Source: Escherichia coli
Lineage (GTDB): Bacteria; Pseudomonadota; Gammaproteobacteria; Enterobacterales; Enterobacteriaceae
Reading direction: 5' to 3' (one strand)
DNA length: 64,000 bases
NCBI RefSeq assembly: GCF_001677475.2
Contig: NZ_CP015229.1
The translations under genes were made by a program, and so were the position numbers. Below are positions 9,535 through 20,389 of this stretch, one piece after another; position 1 is the first letter of the stretch, and each line of letters starts with the position of its first letter. The notes beneath the pieces were generated by a model, which was not told the origin of the DNA, made no database searches, and saw only the letters and a program-made list of their open reading frames with translations.

Positions 9535-12088
9535 ACCGGTAGGCGATCTGGTCGTTGATTTGAGTCTGGATGCGGCCAGATTTGACGAGCAGATGGCCAG
9601 AGTCAGGCGTCATTTTTCCGGTACGGAAAGTGATGCGAAAAAAACAGCGGCAGTCGTTGAACAGTCGCTGAGCCGACAGGTGCTGGCTGCACAGAAAGCG
9701 GGGATTTCCGTCGGGCAGTATAAAGCCGCCATGCGTATGCTGCCTGCACAGTTCACCGACGTGGCCACGCAGCTTGCAGGCGGGCAAAGTCCGTGGCTGA
9801 TCCTGCTGCAACAGGGGGGGCAGGTGAAGGACTCCTTCGGCGGGATGATCCCCATGTTCAGGGGGCTTGCCGGTGCGATCACTCTGCCGATGGTCGGGGC
9901 CACCTCGCTGGCGGTGGCGACCGGTGCGCTGGCGTATGCCTGGTATCAGGGCAACTCAACCCTGTCCGATTTCAACAAAACGCTGGTCCTTTCCGGCAAT
10001 CAGGCGGGACTGACGGCAGATCGTATGCTGGTCCTGTCCAGAGCCGGGCAGGCGGCAGGGCTGACGTTTAACCAGACCAGCGAGTCACTCAGCGCACTGG
10101 TTAAGGCGGGGGTAAGCGGTGAGGCTCAGATTGCGTCCATCAGCCAGAGTGTGGCGCGTTTCTCCTCTGCATCCGGCGTGGAGGTGGACAAGGTCGCTGA
10201 AGCCTTCGGGAAGCTGACCACAGACCCGACGTCGGGGCTGACGGCGATGGCACGCCAGTTCCATAACGTGACGGCGGAGCAGATTGCGTATGTTGCTCAG
10301 TTGCAGCGTTCCGGCGATGAAGCCGGGGCATTGCAGGCGGCGAACGAGGCCGCAACGAAAGGGTTTGATGACCAGACCCGCCGCCTGAAAGAGAACATGG
10401 GCACGCTGGAGACCTGGGCAGACAGGACTGCGCGGGCATTCAAATCCATGTGGGATGCGGTGCTGGATATTGGTCGTCCTGATACCGCGCAGGAGATGCT
10501 GATTAAGGCAGAGGCTGCGTTTAAGAAAGCAGACGACATCTGGAATCTGCGCAAGGATGATTATTTTGTTAACGATGAAGCGCGGGCGCGTTACTGGGAT
10601 GATCGTGAAAAGGCCCGTCTTGCGCTTGAAGCCGCCCGAAAGAAGGCTGAGCAGCAGACTCAACAGGACAAAAATGCGCAGCAGCAGAGCGATACCGAAG
10701 CGTCACGGCTGAAATATACCGAAGAGGCGCAGAAGGCTTACGAACGGCTGCAGACGCCGCTGGAGAAATATACCGCCCGTCAGGAAGAACTGAACAAGGC
10801 ACTGAAAGACGGGAAAATCCTGCAGGCGGATTACAACACGCTGATGGCGGCGGCGAAAAAGGATTATGAAGCGACGCTGAAAAAGCCGAAACAGTCCGGC
10901 GTGAAGGTGTCTGCGGGCGATCGTCAGGAAGACAGTGCTCATGCTGCCCTGCTGACGCTTCAGGCAGAACTCCGGACGCTGGAGAAGCATGCCGGAGCGA
11001 ATGAGAAAATCAGCCAGCAGCGCCGGGATTTGTGGAAGGCAGAAAGTCAGTTCGCGGTACTGGAGGAGGCGGCACAACGTCGCCAGCTGTCCGCACAGGA
11101 GAAATCCCTGCTGGCGCATAAAGATGAGACGCTGGAGTACAAACGCCAGCTGGCTGCACTTGGCGACAAGGTTACGTATCAGGAGCGCCTGAACGCGCTG
11201 GCGCAGCAGGCGGATAAATTCGCACAGCAGCAACGGGCAAAACGGGCCGCCATTGATGCGAAAAGCCGGGGGCTGACTGACCGGCAGGCAGAACGGGAAG
11301 CCACGGAACAGCGCCTGAAGGAACAGTATGGCGATAATCCGCTGGCGCTGAATAACGTCATGTCAGAGCAGAAAAAGACCTGGGCGGCTGAAGACCAGCT
11401 TCGCGGGAGCTGGATGGCAGGCCTGAAGTCCGGCTGGAGTGAGTGGGAAGAGAGCGCCACGGACAGTATGTCGCAGGTAAAAAGTGCAGCCACGCAGACC
11501 TTTGATGGTATTGCACAGAATATGGCGGCGATGCTGACCGGCAGTGAGCAGAACTGGCGCAGCTTCACCCGTTCCGTGCTGTCCATGATGACAGAAATTC
11601 TGCTTAAGCAGGCAATGGTGGGGATTGTCGGGAGTATCGGCAGCGCCATTGGCGGGGCTGTTGGTGGCGGCGCATCCGCGTCAGGCGGTACAGCCATTCA
11701 GGCCGCTGCGGCGAAATTCCATTTTGCAACCGGAGGATTTACGGGAACCGGCGGCAAATATGAGCCAGCGGGGATTGTTCACCGTGGTGAGTTTGTCTTC
11801 ACGAAGGAGGCAACCAGCCGGATTGGCGTGGGGAATCTTTACCGGCTGATGCGCGGCTATGCCACCGGCGGTTATGTCGGTACACCGGGCAGCATGGCAG
11901 ACAGCCGGTCGCAGGCGTCCGGGACGTTTGAGCAGAATAACCATGTGGTGATTAACAACGACGGCACGAACGGGCAGATAGGTCCGGCTGCTCTGAAGAC
12001 GGTGTATGACATGGCCCGCAAGGGTGCCCGTGATGAAATTCAGACACAGATGCGTGATGGTGGCCTGTTCTCCGGAGGTGGACGATGA
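9527..12088 (+). CDS. Tail tape measure protein H-like
   Basis: 853 aa, identical in length to lambda H; coiled-coil Ala/Gln-rich middle. Confidence 0.95.
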   Translation: MAEPVGDLVVDLSLDAARFDEQMARVRRHFSGTESDAKKTAAVVEQSLSRQVLAAQKAGISVGQYKAAMRMLPAQFTDVATQLAGGQSPWLILLQQGGQVKDSFGGMIPMFRGLAGAITLPMVGATSLAVATGALAYAWYQGNSTLSDFNKTLVLSGNQAGLTADRMLVLSRAGQAAGLTFNQTSESLSALVKAGVSGEAQIASISQSVARFSSASGVEVDKVAEAFGKLTTDPTSGLTAMARQFHNVTAEQIAYVAQLQRSGDEAGALQAANEAATKGFDDQTRRLKENMGTLETWADRTARAFKSMWDAVLDIGRPDTAQEMLIKAEAAFKKADDIWNLRKDDYFVNDEARARYWDDREKARLALEAARKKAEQQTQQDKNAQQQSDTEASRLKYTEEAQKAYERLQTPLEKYTARQEELNKALKDGKILQADYNTLMAAAKKDYEATLKKPKQSGVKVSAGDRQEDSAHAALLTLQAELRTLEKHAGANEKISQQRRDLWKAESQFAVLEEAAQRRQLSAQEKSLLAHKDETLEYKRQLAALGDKVTYQERLNALAQQADKFAQQQRAKRAAIDAKSRGLTDRQAEREATEQRLKEQYGDNPLALNNVMSEQKKTWAAEDQLRGSWMAGLKSGWSEWEESATDSMSQVKSAATQTFDGIAQNMAAMLTGSEQNWRSFTRSVLSMMTEILLKQAMVGIVGSIGSAIGGAVGGGASASGGTAIQAAAAKFHFATGGFTGTGGKYEPAGIVHRGEFVFTKEATSRIGVGNLYRLMRGYATGGYVGTPGSMADSRSQASGTFEQNNHVVINNDGTNGQIGPAALKTVYDMARKGARDEIQTQMRDGGLFSGGGR

Positions 12089-12414
12089 AGACCTTCCGCT
12101 GGAAAGTGAAACCCGGTATGGATGTGGCTTCGGTCCCTTCTGTAAGAAAGGTGCGCTTTGGTGATGGCTATTCCCAGCGAGCGCCTGCCGGGCTGAATGC
12201 CAACCTGAAAACGTACAGCGTGACGCTTTCTGTCCCCCGTGAGGAGGCCACGGTACTGGAGTCGTTTCTGGAAGAGCACGGGGGCTGGAAATCCTTTCTG
12301 TGGACGCCGCCTTATGAGTGGCGGCAGATAAAGGTGACCTGCGCAAAATGGTCGTCGCGGGTCAGTATGCTGCGTGTTGAGTTCAGCGCAGAGTTTGAAC
12401 AGGTGGTGAACTGA
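12085..12414 (+). CDS. Minor tail protein M-like
   Basis: 109 aa, lambda M size and position. Confidence 0.9.
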   Translation: MKTFRWKVKPGMDVASVPSVRKVRFGDGYSQRAPAGLNANLKTYSVTLSVPREEATVLESFLEEHGGWKSFLWTPPYEWRQIKVTCAKWSSRVSMLRVEFSAEFEQVVN

Positions 12415-13112
12415 TGCAGGATATCCGGCAGGAAACACTGAATGAATGCACCCGTGCGGAGCAGTCGGCCAGCGTGGTGCTCTGGGAAATCGACCTGACA
12501 GAGGTCGGTGGAGAACGTTATTTTTTCTGTAATGAGCAGAACGAAAAAGGTGAGCCGGTCACCTGGCAGGGGCGACAGTATCAGCCGTATCCCATTCAGG
12601 GGAGCGGTTTTGAACTGAATGGCAAAGGCACCAGTACGCGCCCCACGCTGACGGTTTCTAACCTGTACGGTATGGTCACCGGGATGGCGGAAGATCTGCA
12701 GAGTCTGGTCGGCGGAACGGTGGTCCGGCGTAAGGTTTACGCCCGTTTTCTGGATGCGGTGAACTTCGTCAACGGAAACAGTGACGCCGATCCGGAGCAG
12801 GAGGTGATCAGCCGCTGGCGCATCGAGCAGTGCAGCGAACTGAGCGCGGTGAGTGCCTCCTTTGTACTGTCCACGCCGACGGAAACGGATGGCGCTGTTT
12901 TTCCGGGACGTATCATGCTGGCCAACACCTGCACCTGGACCTATCGCGGTGACGAGTGCGGTTATAGCGGTCCGGCTGTCGCGGATGAATATGACCAGCC
13001 AACGTCCGATATCACGAAGGATAAATGCAGCAAATGCCTGAGCGGTTGTAAGTTCCGCAATAACGTCGGCAACTTTGGCGGCTTCCTTTCCATTAACAAA
13101 CTTTCGCAGTAA
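12414..13112 (+). CDS. Minor tail protein L-like
   Basis: 232 aa, lambda L size; conserved Cys cluster near the C-terminus. Confidence 0.9.
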   Translation: MQDIRQETLNECTRAEQSASVVLWEIDLTEVGGERYFFCNEQNEKGEPVTWQGRQYQPYPIQGSGFELNGKGTSTRPTLTVSNLYGMVTGMAEDLQSLVGGTVVRRKVYARFLDAVNFVNGNSDADPEQEVISRWRIEQCSELSAVSASFVLSTPTETDGAVFPGRIMLANTCTWTYRGDECGYSGPAVADEYDQPTSDITKDKCSKCLSGCKFRNNVGNFGGFLSINKLSQ

Positions 13113-13117
13113 ATCCC

Positions 13118-13861
13118 ATGACACAGACAGAATCAGCGATTCTGGCGCACGCCCGGCGATGTGCGCCAGCGGAGTCGTGCGGCTTCGTGGTGAGAACGCC
13201 GGAGGGGGAAAGATATTTTCCCTGCGTGAATATTTCCGGTGAGCCGGAGGCGTATTTCCGTATGTCGCCGGAAGACTGGCTGCAGGCAGAAATGCAGGGT
13301 GAGATTGTGGCGCTGGTCCACAGCCACCCCGGTGGTCTGCCCTGGCTGAGTGAGGCCGACCGGCGGCTGCAGGTGCAGAGTGATTTGCCGTGGTGGCTGG
13401 TCTGCCGGGGGACGATTCATAAGTTCCGCTGTGTGCCGCATCTCACCGGGCGGCGCTTTGAGCACGGTGTGACGGACTGTTACACACTGTTCCGGGATGC
13501 TTATCATCTGGCGGGGATTGAGATGCCGGATTTTCATCGCGAGGATGACTGGTGGCGTAACGGCCAGAATCTCTATCTGGATAATCTGGAGGCGACGGGG
13601 CTGTATCAGGTGCCGTTGTCAGCGGCACAGCCGGGCGATGTGCTGCTGTGCTGTTTTGGTTCATCGGTGCCGAATCACGCCGCAATTTACTGCGGCGACG
13701 GCGAGCTGCTGCACCATATTCCTGAACAACTGAGCAAACGAGAGAGGTACACCGACAAATGGCAGCGACGCACACACTCCCTCTGGCGTCACCGGGCATG
13801 GCGCGCATCTGCCTTTACGGGGATTTACAACGATTTGGTCGCCGCATCGACCTTCGTGTGA
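13118..13861 (+). CDS. Tail assembly protein K-like (JAB/MPN plus NlpC/P60 domains)
   Basis: 247 aa; HSHP JAB motif and Cys/His NlpC/P60-like C-terminal half. Confidence 0.9.
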   Translation: MTQTESAILAHARRCAPAESCGFVVRTPEGERYFPCVNISGEPEAYFRMSPEDWLQAEMQGEIVALVHSHPGGLPWLSEADRRLQVQSDLPWWLVCRGTIHKFRCVPHLTGRRFEHGVTDCYTLFRDAYHLAGIEMPDFHREDDWWRNGQNLYLDNLEATGLYQVPLSAAQPGDVLLCCFGSSVPNHAAIYCGDGELLHHIPEQLSKRERYTDKWQRRTHSLWRHRAWRASAFTGIYNDLVAASTFV

Positions 13862-14430
13862 AAACGGGGGCTGAAGCCATCCGGGCACTGGCCACACAGC
13901 TCCCGGCGTTTCGTCAGAAACTGAGCGACGGCTGGTATCAGGTACGGATTGCCGGGCGGGACGTCAGCACGTCCGGGTTAACGGCGCAGTTACATGAGAC
14001 TCTGCCTGATGGCGCTGTGATTCATATTGTTCCCAGAGTCGCCGGGGCCAAGTCAGGTGGCGTATTCCAGATTGTCCTGGGGGCTGCCGCCATTGCCGGA
14101 TCATTCTTTACCGCCGGAGCCACCCTTGCAGCATGGGGGGCAGCCATTGGGGCCGGTGGTATGACCGGCATCCTGTTTTCTCTCGGTGCCAGTATGGTGC
14201 TCGGTGGTGTGGCGCAGATGCTGGCACCGAAAGCCAGAACTCCCCGTACACAGACAACGGATAACGGTAAGCAGAACACCTATTTCTCCTCACTGGATAA
14301 CATGGTTGCCCAGGGCAATGTTCTGCCTGTTCTGTACGGGGAAATGCGCGTGGGGTCACGCGTGGTTTCTCAGGAGATCAGCACGGCAGACGAAGGGGAC
14401 GGTGGTCAGGTTGTGGTGATTGGTCGCTGA
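13759..14430 (+). CDS. Tail assembly protein I-like
   Basis: 223 aa, lambda I size; Gly/Ala-rich hydrophobic middle; overlaps the K 3' end. Confidence 0.85.
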   Translation: MAATHTLPLASPGMARICLYGDLQRFGRRIDLRVKTGAEAIRALATQLPAFRQKLSDGWYQVRIAGRDVSTSGLTAQLHETLPDGAVIHIVPRVAGAKSGGVFQIVLGAAAIAGSFFTAGATLAAWGAAIGAGGMTGILFSLGASMVLGGVAQMLAPKARTPRTQTTDNGKQNTYFSSLDNMVAQGNVLPVLYGEMRVGSRVVSQEISTADEGDGGQVVVIGR

Positions 14431-14490
14431 TGCAAAATGTTTTATGTGAAACCGCCTGCGGGCGGTTTTGTCATTTATGGAGCGTGAGGA

Positions 14491-15919
14491 ATGGGTAAAG
14501 GAAGCAGTAAGGGGCATACCCCGCGCGAAGCGAAGGACAACCTGAAGTCCACGCAGTTGCTGAGTGTGATCGATGCCATCAGCGAAGGGCCGGTTGAAGG
14601 TCCGGTGGATGGATTAAAAAGCGTGCTGCTGAACAGTACGCCGGTGCTGGACACTGAGGGGAATACCAACATCTCCGGTATCACGGTGGTGTTCCGTGCC
14701 GGTGAGCAGGAGCAGACACCGCCGGAGGGGTTTGAATCCTCCGGCTCCGAGACGGTGCTGGGTACGGAAGTGAAATATGACACGCCGATCACCCGCACCA
14801 TTACGTCTGCAAACATCGACCGTCTGCGCTTTACCTTCGGTGTACAGGCACTGGTGGAAACCACCTCAAAGGGTGACAGGAATCCGTCGGAAGTCCGTCT
14901 GCTGGTTCAGATACAACGTAACGGTGGCTGGGTGACGGAAAAAGACATCACCATTAAGGGCAAAACCACCTCGCAGTATCTGGCCTCGGTGGTGGTGGAT
15001 AACCTGCCGCCGCGCCCGTTTAATATCCGGATGCGCAGGATGACGCCGGACAGCACCACAGACCAGCTGCAGAACAAAACGCTCTGGTCGTCATACACCG
15101 AAATTATCGATGTGAAACAGGGCTACCCGAACACGGCACTGGTCGGCGTGCAGGTGGACTCGGAGCAGTTCGGCAGCCAGCAGGTGAGCCGTAATTATCA
15201 TCTGCGCGGGCGTATTCTGCAGGTGCCGTCGAATTATAACCCGCAGACGCGGCAATACAGCGGTATCTGGGACGGAACGTTTAAACCGGCATACAGCAAC
15301 AACATGGCCTGGTGTCTGTGGGATATGCTGACCCATCCGCGCTACGGCATGGGGAAACGTCTTGGTGCGGCGGATGTGGACAAATGGGCGCTGTATGTCA
15401 TCGGCCAGTACTGCGACCAGTCAGTACCGGACGGCTTTGGCGGCACGGAGCCGCGCATCACCTGTAATGCATACCTGACCACACAGCGCAAGGCGTGGGA
15501 TGTGCTCAGTGATTTCTGCTCGGCGATGCGCTGTATGCCGGTATGGAACGGGCAGACGCTGACGTTCGTGCAGGACCGACCATCAGATAAGGTGTGGACC
15601 TATAACCGCAGTAATGTGGTGATGCCGGATGATGGCGCGCCGTTCCGCTACAGCTTCAGCGCCCTGAAGGACCGCCATAATGCCGTTGAGGTGAACTGGA
15701 TTGACCCGAACAACGGCTGGGAGACGGCGACAGAGCTTGTTGAAGATACGCAGGCCATTGCCCGTTACGGTCGTAATGTCACGAAGATGGATGCCTTTGG
15801 CTGTACCAGCCGGGGGCAGGCACACCGCGCCGGGCTGTGGCTGATTAAAACGGAACTGCTGGAGACGCAGACCGTGGATTTCAGCGTGGGTGCTGAAGGG
15901 CTTCGCCATGTACCGGGTA
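14491..15919 (+). pseudogene. Tip attachment / host specificity protein J, N-terminal fragment, interrupted by an IS
   Basis: ORF 14491..15933 is collinear with lambda J through ...GLRHVPG, then runs into IS sequence and stops. Confidence 0.85.
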
Positions 15920-16010
15920 TGAGACGACAATAACTCAGTCCGCCTGGCGCCGATTATTCTGGCCGGTTTTGTAACCTGAGTGTCATTTACATGATCCAAC
16001 AGGAAATGGC

Positions 16011-17510
16011 GTGACGCTCAATACTTCTCAGGTCAGTTACTATATGACTCAGCGTAAGAAAGGTATAACTCAGCATATCTCGGCCATGAAGGCTGGTATC
16101 TCAGTCCGTTCTGGTCGTCGGATCGAAAAAGGAGAGTGGGCAAAAAACAGTGTTCGGCACTGGCGCACACGCAAAGATCCTCTGGAAGCTGTGTGGGACA
16201 GCATGCTTGTTCCTCTGTTGAAAGAGAGGCCGGCTCTGACACCAACAACTCTACTGGAGATGCTACAGGATAAATATCCCGGCCAGTACCCCAACAGCCT
16301 TCGAAGAACAATGCAACGGCGGGTTCGCGAATGGAAACTACAGTATGGTACAGAGCAGGAGGTCATGTTCCGCCAGCAACATCAGCCCGGCCTGCGAGGC
16401 CTGTCGGACTTTACTGAACTGAAAGGTGTAGTTGTCACCATCGCCGGTAAGTTGTTGGCGCATAAGTTGTATCACTTCCGTCTGGAATGGAGCCACTGGA
16501 GCTGGATGCGGGTTGTTCTGGGTGGTGAGAGCTTCTCTGCTCTGGCTGAAGGCCTGCAGGAAGCCCTCGGACAACTGGGCGGAGTGCCGGTAGAACATAA
16601 AACGGACAGCCTGAGGGCAGCATGGAAACAACAGGGCGAAGATGGACGCCGCGAGCTGACTGAGCGTTATGCTACTCTCTGTCAGCACTACGGAATGCAG
16701 GGCGTACACAATAATGCCGGTCGGGGCCACGAAAATGGCTCGGTTGAAAGTGCCCACGGACATCTGAAAAGGCGTATCTGTCAGGCGCTGATACTGCGGG
16801 GCAGTAACGACTTCAGCACCATAGAAGAATATCAGGCCTTCATCACTCAGCAGGTTATGCGGCACAACCGTAACAATCAGGATCTGGTCAAGGAAGAACG
16901 TCTTCATCTGAAACCGCTGCCGCTTCGTCGCAGTGCTGACTATGATGAGCTGACTGTGAGGGTTAGTCGCAGCAGTACCATCAATGTGAAGCACGTCGTC
17001 TACAGCGTACCTTCCCGGCTTGTAGGTCAACTGTTACGGGTCAGGTTATGGGACGATCGTCTGAGCTGTTACGTTGGCAGCAGCGAGGTCATGAGCTGCC
17101 CTCGCGTCAGACCAGAAAAAGGGAAGACGCGGGCCCGTCGTATCGACTTCCGACATGTGATCGACAGTCTGGCAAAAAAGCCCGGTGCGTTCTGCCATGC
17201 AACGCTGAGAAATGACATCCTGCCGGACGATGAATGGCGGAGGCTGTGGCGTCGCTTATGTAATCATCTGGAGCCCGATATGGCAGGAAGGCTGATGGTA
17301 CATGCCCTGAAACTGGCTGCAGGATACGACGATATCTCAGTCGTGGCAAAAGGTATGGAGCAGATGCTGAATACCCCGGGAAACGTGGATCTGCACCGGC
17401 TGATGCGCTTCCTGGGTATAAAAGAAAAGGCGTTGCCGGTAGTCAATGTGATACAGCATAACCTGAGCAGTTATGAGCAACTACTGCGTGGCAAGGGAGG
17501 TTCGCAGTGA
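16011..17510 (+). CDS. istA: IS21-family transposase IstA
   Basis: 499 aa; N-terminal HTH-like region plus DDE core; overlaps istB by 4 nt. Confidence 0.85.
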   Translation: MTLNTSQVSYYMTQRKKGITQHISAMKAGISVRSGRRIEKGEWAKNSVRHWRTRKDPLEAVWDSMLVPLLKERPALTPTTLLEMLQDKYPGQYPNSLRRTMQRRVREWKLQYGTEQEVMFRQQHQPGLRGLSDFTELKGVVVTIAGKLLAHKLYHFRLEWSHWSWMRVVLGGESFSALAEGLQEALGQLGGVPVEHKTDSLRAAWKQQGEDGRRELTERYATLCQHYGMQGVHNNAGRGHENGSVESAHGHLKRRICQALILRGSNDFSTIEEYQAFITQQVMRHNRNNQDLVKEERLHLKPLPLRRSADYDELTVRVSRSSTINVKHVVYSVPSRLVGQLLRVRLWDDRLSCYVGSSEVMSCPRVRPEKGKTRARRIDFRHVIDSLAKKPGAFCHATLRNDILPDDEWRRLWRRLCNHLEPDMAGRLMVHALKLAAGYDDISVVAKGMEQMLNTPGNVDLHRLMRFLGIKEKALPVVNVIQHNLSSYEQLLRGKGGSQ

Positions 17511-18262
17511 GCAATATCCATCACCTTGAACATAGCCTGCGTAAACTACGCCTGACACGAGTTGGAGCTGAATGGCACGCTCTGGAAAAACGAGCGCTGG
17601 CAGAAGGCTGGACACCATCGCGCTATCTTCTGACGCTATGCAATGAAGAACTCCTGTGGCGCGAGAGTGAAAAACTGCGTCGTTATAAAAAGGAGGCCCG
17701 GTTGCCAGTTGCCAAAACGCTGAGCGAATACGACTTCAGTCAGGTGCCGGAACTGAATGGAGCTCAGTTCCGGCAACTCTGTGAAACGACAGACTGGGTT
17801 GATGCAGGAGAAAACGTTCTGCTGTTCGGAGCCAGCGGGTTGGGGAAAAGCCATCTGGCGGCAGCGATCGTGGATGGCGTAGTAGGTCAGGGCTACCGGG
17901 CCCGGTTCTACAGCGCAGGAGAGCTGTTGCAGGAACTACGTAAAGCCAGAGCTCAGTTGAAACTGAATGAGCTGCTACTGAAACTGGATCGCTACCGGGT
18001 GATAGTGGTGGATGATCTTGGCTATGTCAAACGCGATAGTGCCGAAACGGGTGTGCTGTTCGAGTTAATAGCGCATCGCTATGAACGTGGGAGCCTGGTG
18101 ATAACCAGTAACCATCCGTTCAGCATGTGGGGCAGCATCTTCGTGGATGAGACTATGGCGGTGGCTGCGGCAGACAGGCTGATCCATCACGGATATATGT
18201 TCGAACTGAAAGGGGAAAGCTACAGGAAAAAGACAGCGAAGGCAGTAACAAGCGCGACTTGA
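17507..18262 (+). CDS. istB: IS21-family helper ATPase IstB
   Basis: 251 aa; Walker A GASGLGKSH and Walker B VIVVDDLGY. Confidence 0.9.
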   Translation: MSNIHHLEHSLRKLRLTRVGAEWHALEKRALAEGWTPSRYLLTLCNEELLWRESEKLRRYKKEARLPVAKTLSEYDFSQVPELNGAQFRQLCETTDWVDAGENVLLFGASGLGKSHLAAAIVDGVVGQGYRARFYSAGELLQELRKARAQLKLNELLLKLDRYRVIVVDDLGYVKRDSAETGVLFELIAHRYERGSLVITSNHPFSMWGSIFVDETMAVAAADRLIHHGYMFELKGESYRKKTAKAVTSAT

Positions 18263-18325
18263 TGTCGCCCTGAAGGGTGCGGCCAGTATAGTTGGCGCGA
18301 GTCGGCAAAACTAGTTGACGTCTAA

Positions 18326-20320
18326 TAACCGGGCGATGTCATTGAAATCTGCGATGATGACTATGCCGGTATCAGCACCGGTGGTCGCGTGCTGGCGGTG
18401 AACAGCCAGACCCGGACGCTGACGCTCGACCGTGAAATCACGCTGCCATCCTCCGGTACCACGCTGATAAGCCTGGTTGACGGAAGTGGTAATCCGGTCA
18501 GCGTGGAGGTTCAGTCCGTCACCGACGGACTTAAGGTGAAAGTGAACCGGGTTCCTGACGGCGTTGCAGAATACAGCGTGTGGGGGCTGAAGCTGCCGAC
18601 GCTGCGCCAGCGCCTGTTCCGCTGCGTGAGTATCCGTGAGAACGACGACGGCACGTATGCCATCACTGCCGTGCAGCATGTACCGGAAAAAGAAGCCATC
18701 GTGGATAACGGGGCGCACTTTGACGGCGACCAGAGCGGCACGGTGAATGGTGTCACGCCGCCAGCGGTGCAGCACCTGACCGCCGAAGTCACCGCAGACA
18801 GCGGGGAATATCAGGTGCTGGCGCGCTGGGACACGCCGAAGGTGGTGAAGGGCGTGAGCTTCCTGCTCCGTCTGACCGTAACAGCGGATGACGGCAGTGA
18901 GCGGCTGGTCAGCACGGCCCGGACGACGGAAACCACATACCGCTTCACGCAACTGGCGCTGGGGAACTACAGGCTGACAGTCCGGGCGGTAAATGCGTGG
19001 GGGCAGCAGGGCGATCCGGCGTCGGTATCGTTCCGGATTGCCGCACCGGCAGCACCGTCGAGGATTGAGCTGACGCCGGGCTATTTTCAGATAACCGCCA
19101 CGCCGCATCTTGCCGTTTATGACCCGACGGTACAGTTTGAGTTCTGGTTCTCGGAAAAGCGGATTACCGATATCAGGCAGGTTGAAACCACAGCCCGCTA
19201 TCTTGGTACGGCGCTGTACTGGATAGCCGCCAGTATCAATATCAAACCGGGCCATGATTATTACTTTTATATCCGCAGTGTGAACACCGTTGGCAAATCG
19301 GCATTCGTGGAGGGCGTCGGTCGGGCGAGCGATGATGCGGAAGGTTACCTGGATTTTTTCAAAGGCAAGATAACCGAATCCCATCTCGGTAAAGAGCTGC
19401 TGGAAAAAGTTGATTTGACGGAGGATAACGCCAGCAGACTGGATGAGTTTTCGAAAGAGTGGAAGGACGCTAACGATAAATGGAATGCCATGTGGGGCGT
19501 CAAAATTGAGCAGACCAAAGACGGCAAACATTATGTCGCGGGTATTGGCCTCAGCATGGAGGACACGGAGGAAGGCAAGCTGAGCCAGTTTCTGGTTGCC
19601 GCTAACCGTATCGCGTTTATTGACCCGGCAAACGGGAATGAAACGCCGATGTTTGTGGCGCAGGGCAACCAGATATTCATGAACGACGTGTTCCTGAAGC
19701 GCCTGACAGCCCCCACCATTACCAGCGGTGGCAGTCCTCCGGTATTTTCCCTGACATCAGACGGAAAGCTGACCGCTAAAAATGCGGATATCAGTGGTAG
19801 TGTGAATGCGAACTCAGGAACGCTCAACAATGTCACGATTAACCAGAACTGTACGATTAAGGGCATGCTGGAGGCGACTCAGGTCAGAGGTGACTTCGTT
19901 AAAGCTGTATCCAAATCATTTCCGAAACAGGCTGGTACGTGGGGTAACACGGAAACACCAAACGGGACGGTTACAGTCACCATCAGCGATGATCATAACT
20001 TTGACCGTCAAATCATTATTCCGCCCATTATCTTTAACGGAATAGCGTATAGCGATCCGGGAAGTGGTAATAACCCGGGAGGTACAAGATACACGGGTTA
20101 TGGTTTTGAAGTTCGCAAAAACGGTGTATTAATCGCATCCAGAGAAACTAAAGGGGCCATTCCCGGTAGCTACAGTGCGGTTATTGATATGCCGAGTGGC
20201 AGGGGAAGCGTCACTCTGGAGTTTAAGGTTTTCCATAAAGGCAATCAGTGGGCAGGTAATATCACCGACTGTACGGTGATTGTGACCAAAAAAGCCGCTT
20301 CCGGCATCAGTATTCGTTGA
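18326..20320 (+). pseudogene. Tip attachment / host specificity protein J, C-terminal fragment
   Basis: Frame continues the lambda J sequence ([13 protein letters not shown]...) directly after the IS; ORF 18389..20320 covers most of it. Confidence 0.85.
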
Positions 20321-20341
20321 AATTGTTATAACCCATATAAG

Positions 20342-20365
20342 GGCACCAGAAATGGTGCCTTTTTT
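20342..20365 (+). terminator. Rho-independent terminator after J
   Basis: ggcacca-gaaa-tggtgcc hairpin followed by tttttt. Confidence 0.6.
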
Positions 20366-20389
20366 ATTGCAGAAAAGCGAGAGGTAATT

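Larger units (their letters stand above)
15920..18325 (+). mobile_element. IS21-family insertion sequence (istA-istB) inserted in J
   Basis: Two overlapping ORFs typical of IS21 (large IstA, IstB with Walker A GASGLGKSH); imperfect terminal inverted repeats (tgagacgacaataactcag... at left, ...ctagttgacgtctaa at right); J reading frame resumes immediately after. Exact termini and target duplication not resolved. Confidence 0.8.

Noticed and set aside
10085-13124. Long antisense ORFs across the tape measure and L genes (for example 10085..10663, 10703..11233, 11179..11697, 11681..12346, 12312..13124, all minus strand)
   Set aside because: All overlap well-supported lambda-like tail genes on the plus strand and have low-complexity compositions; treated as shadow ORFs.
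18311-19531. 406-aa minus-strand ORF antisense to the J C-terminal fragment
   Set aside because: Antisense to a gene with a clear lambda J alignment; Arg/Pro-rich composition typical of shadow ORFs in GC-rich coding DNA.
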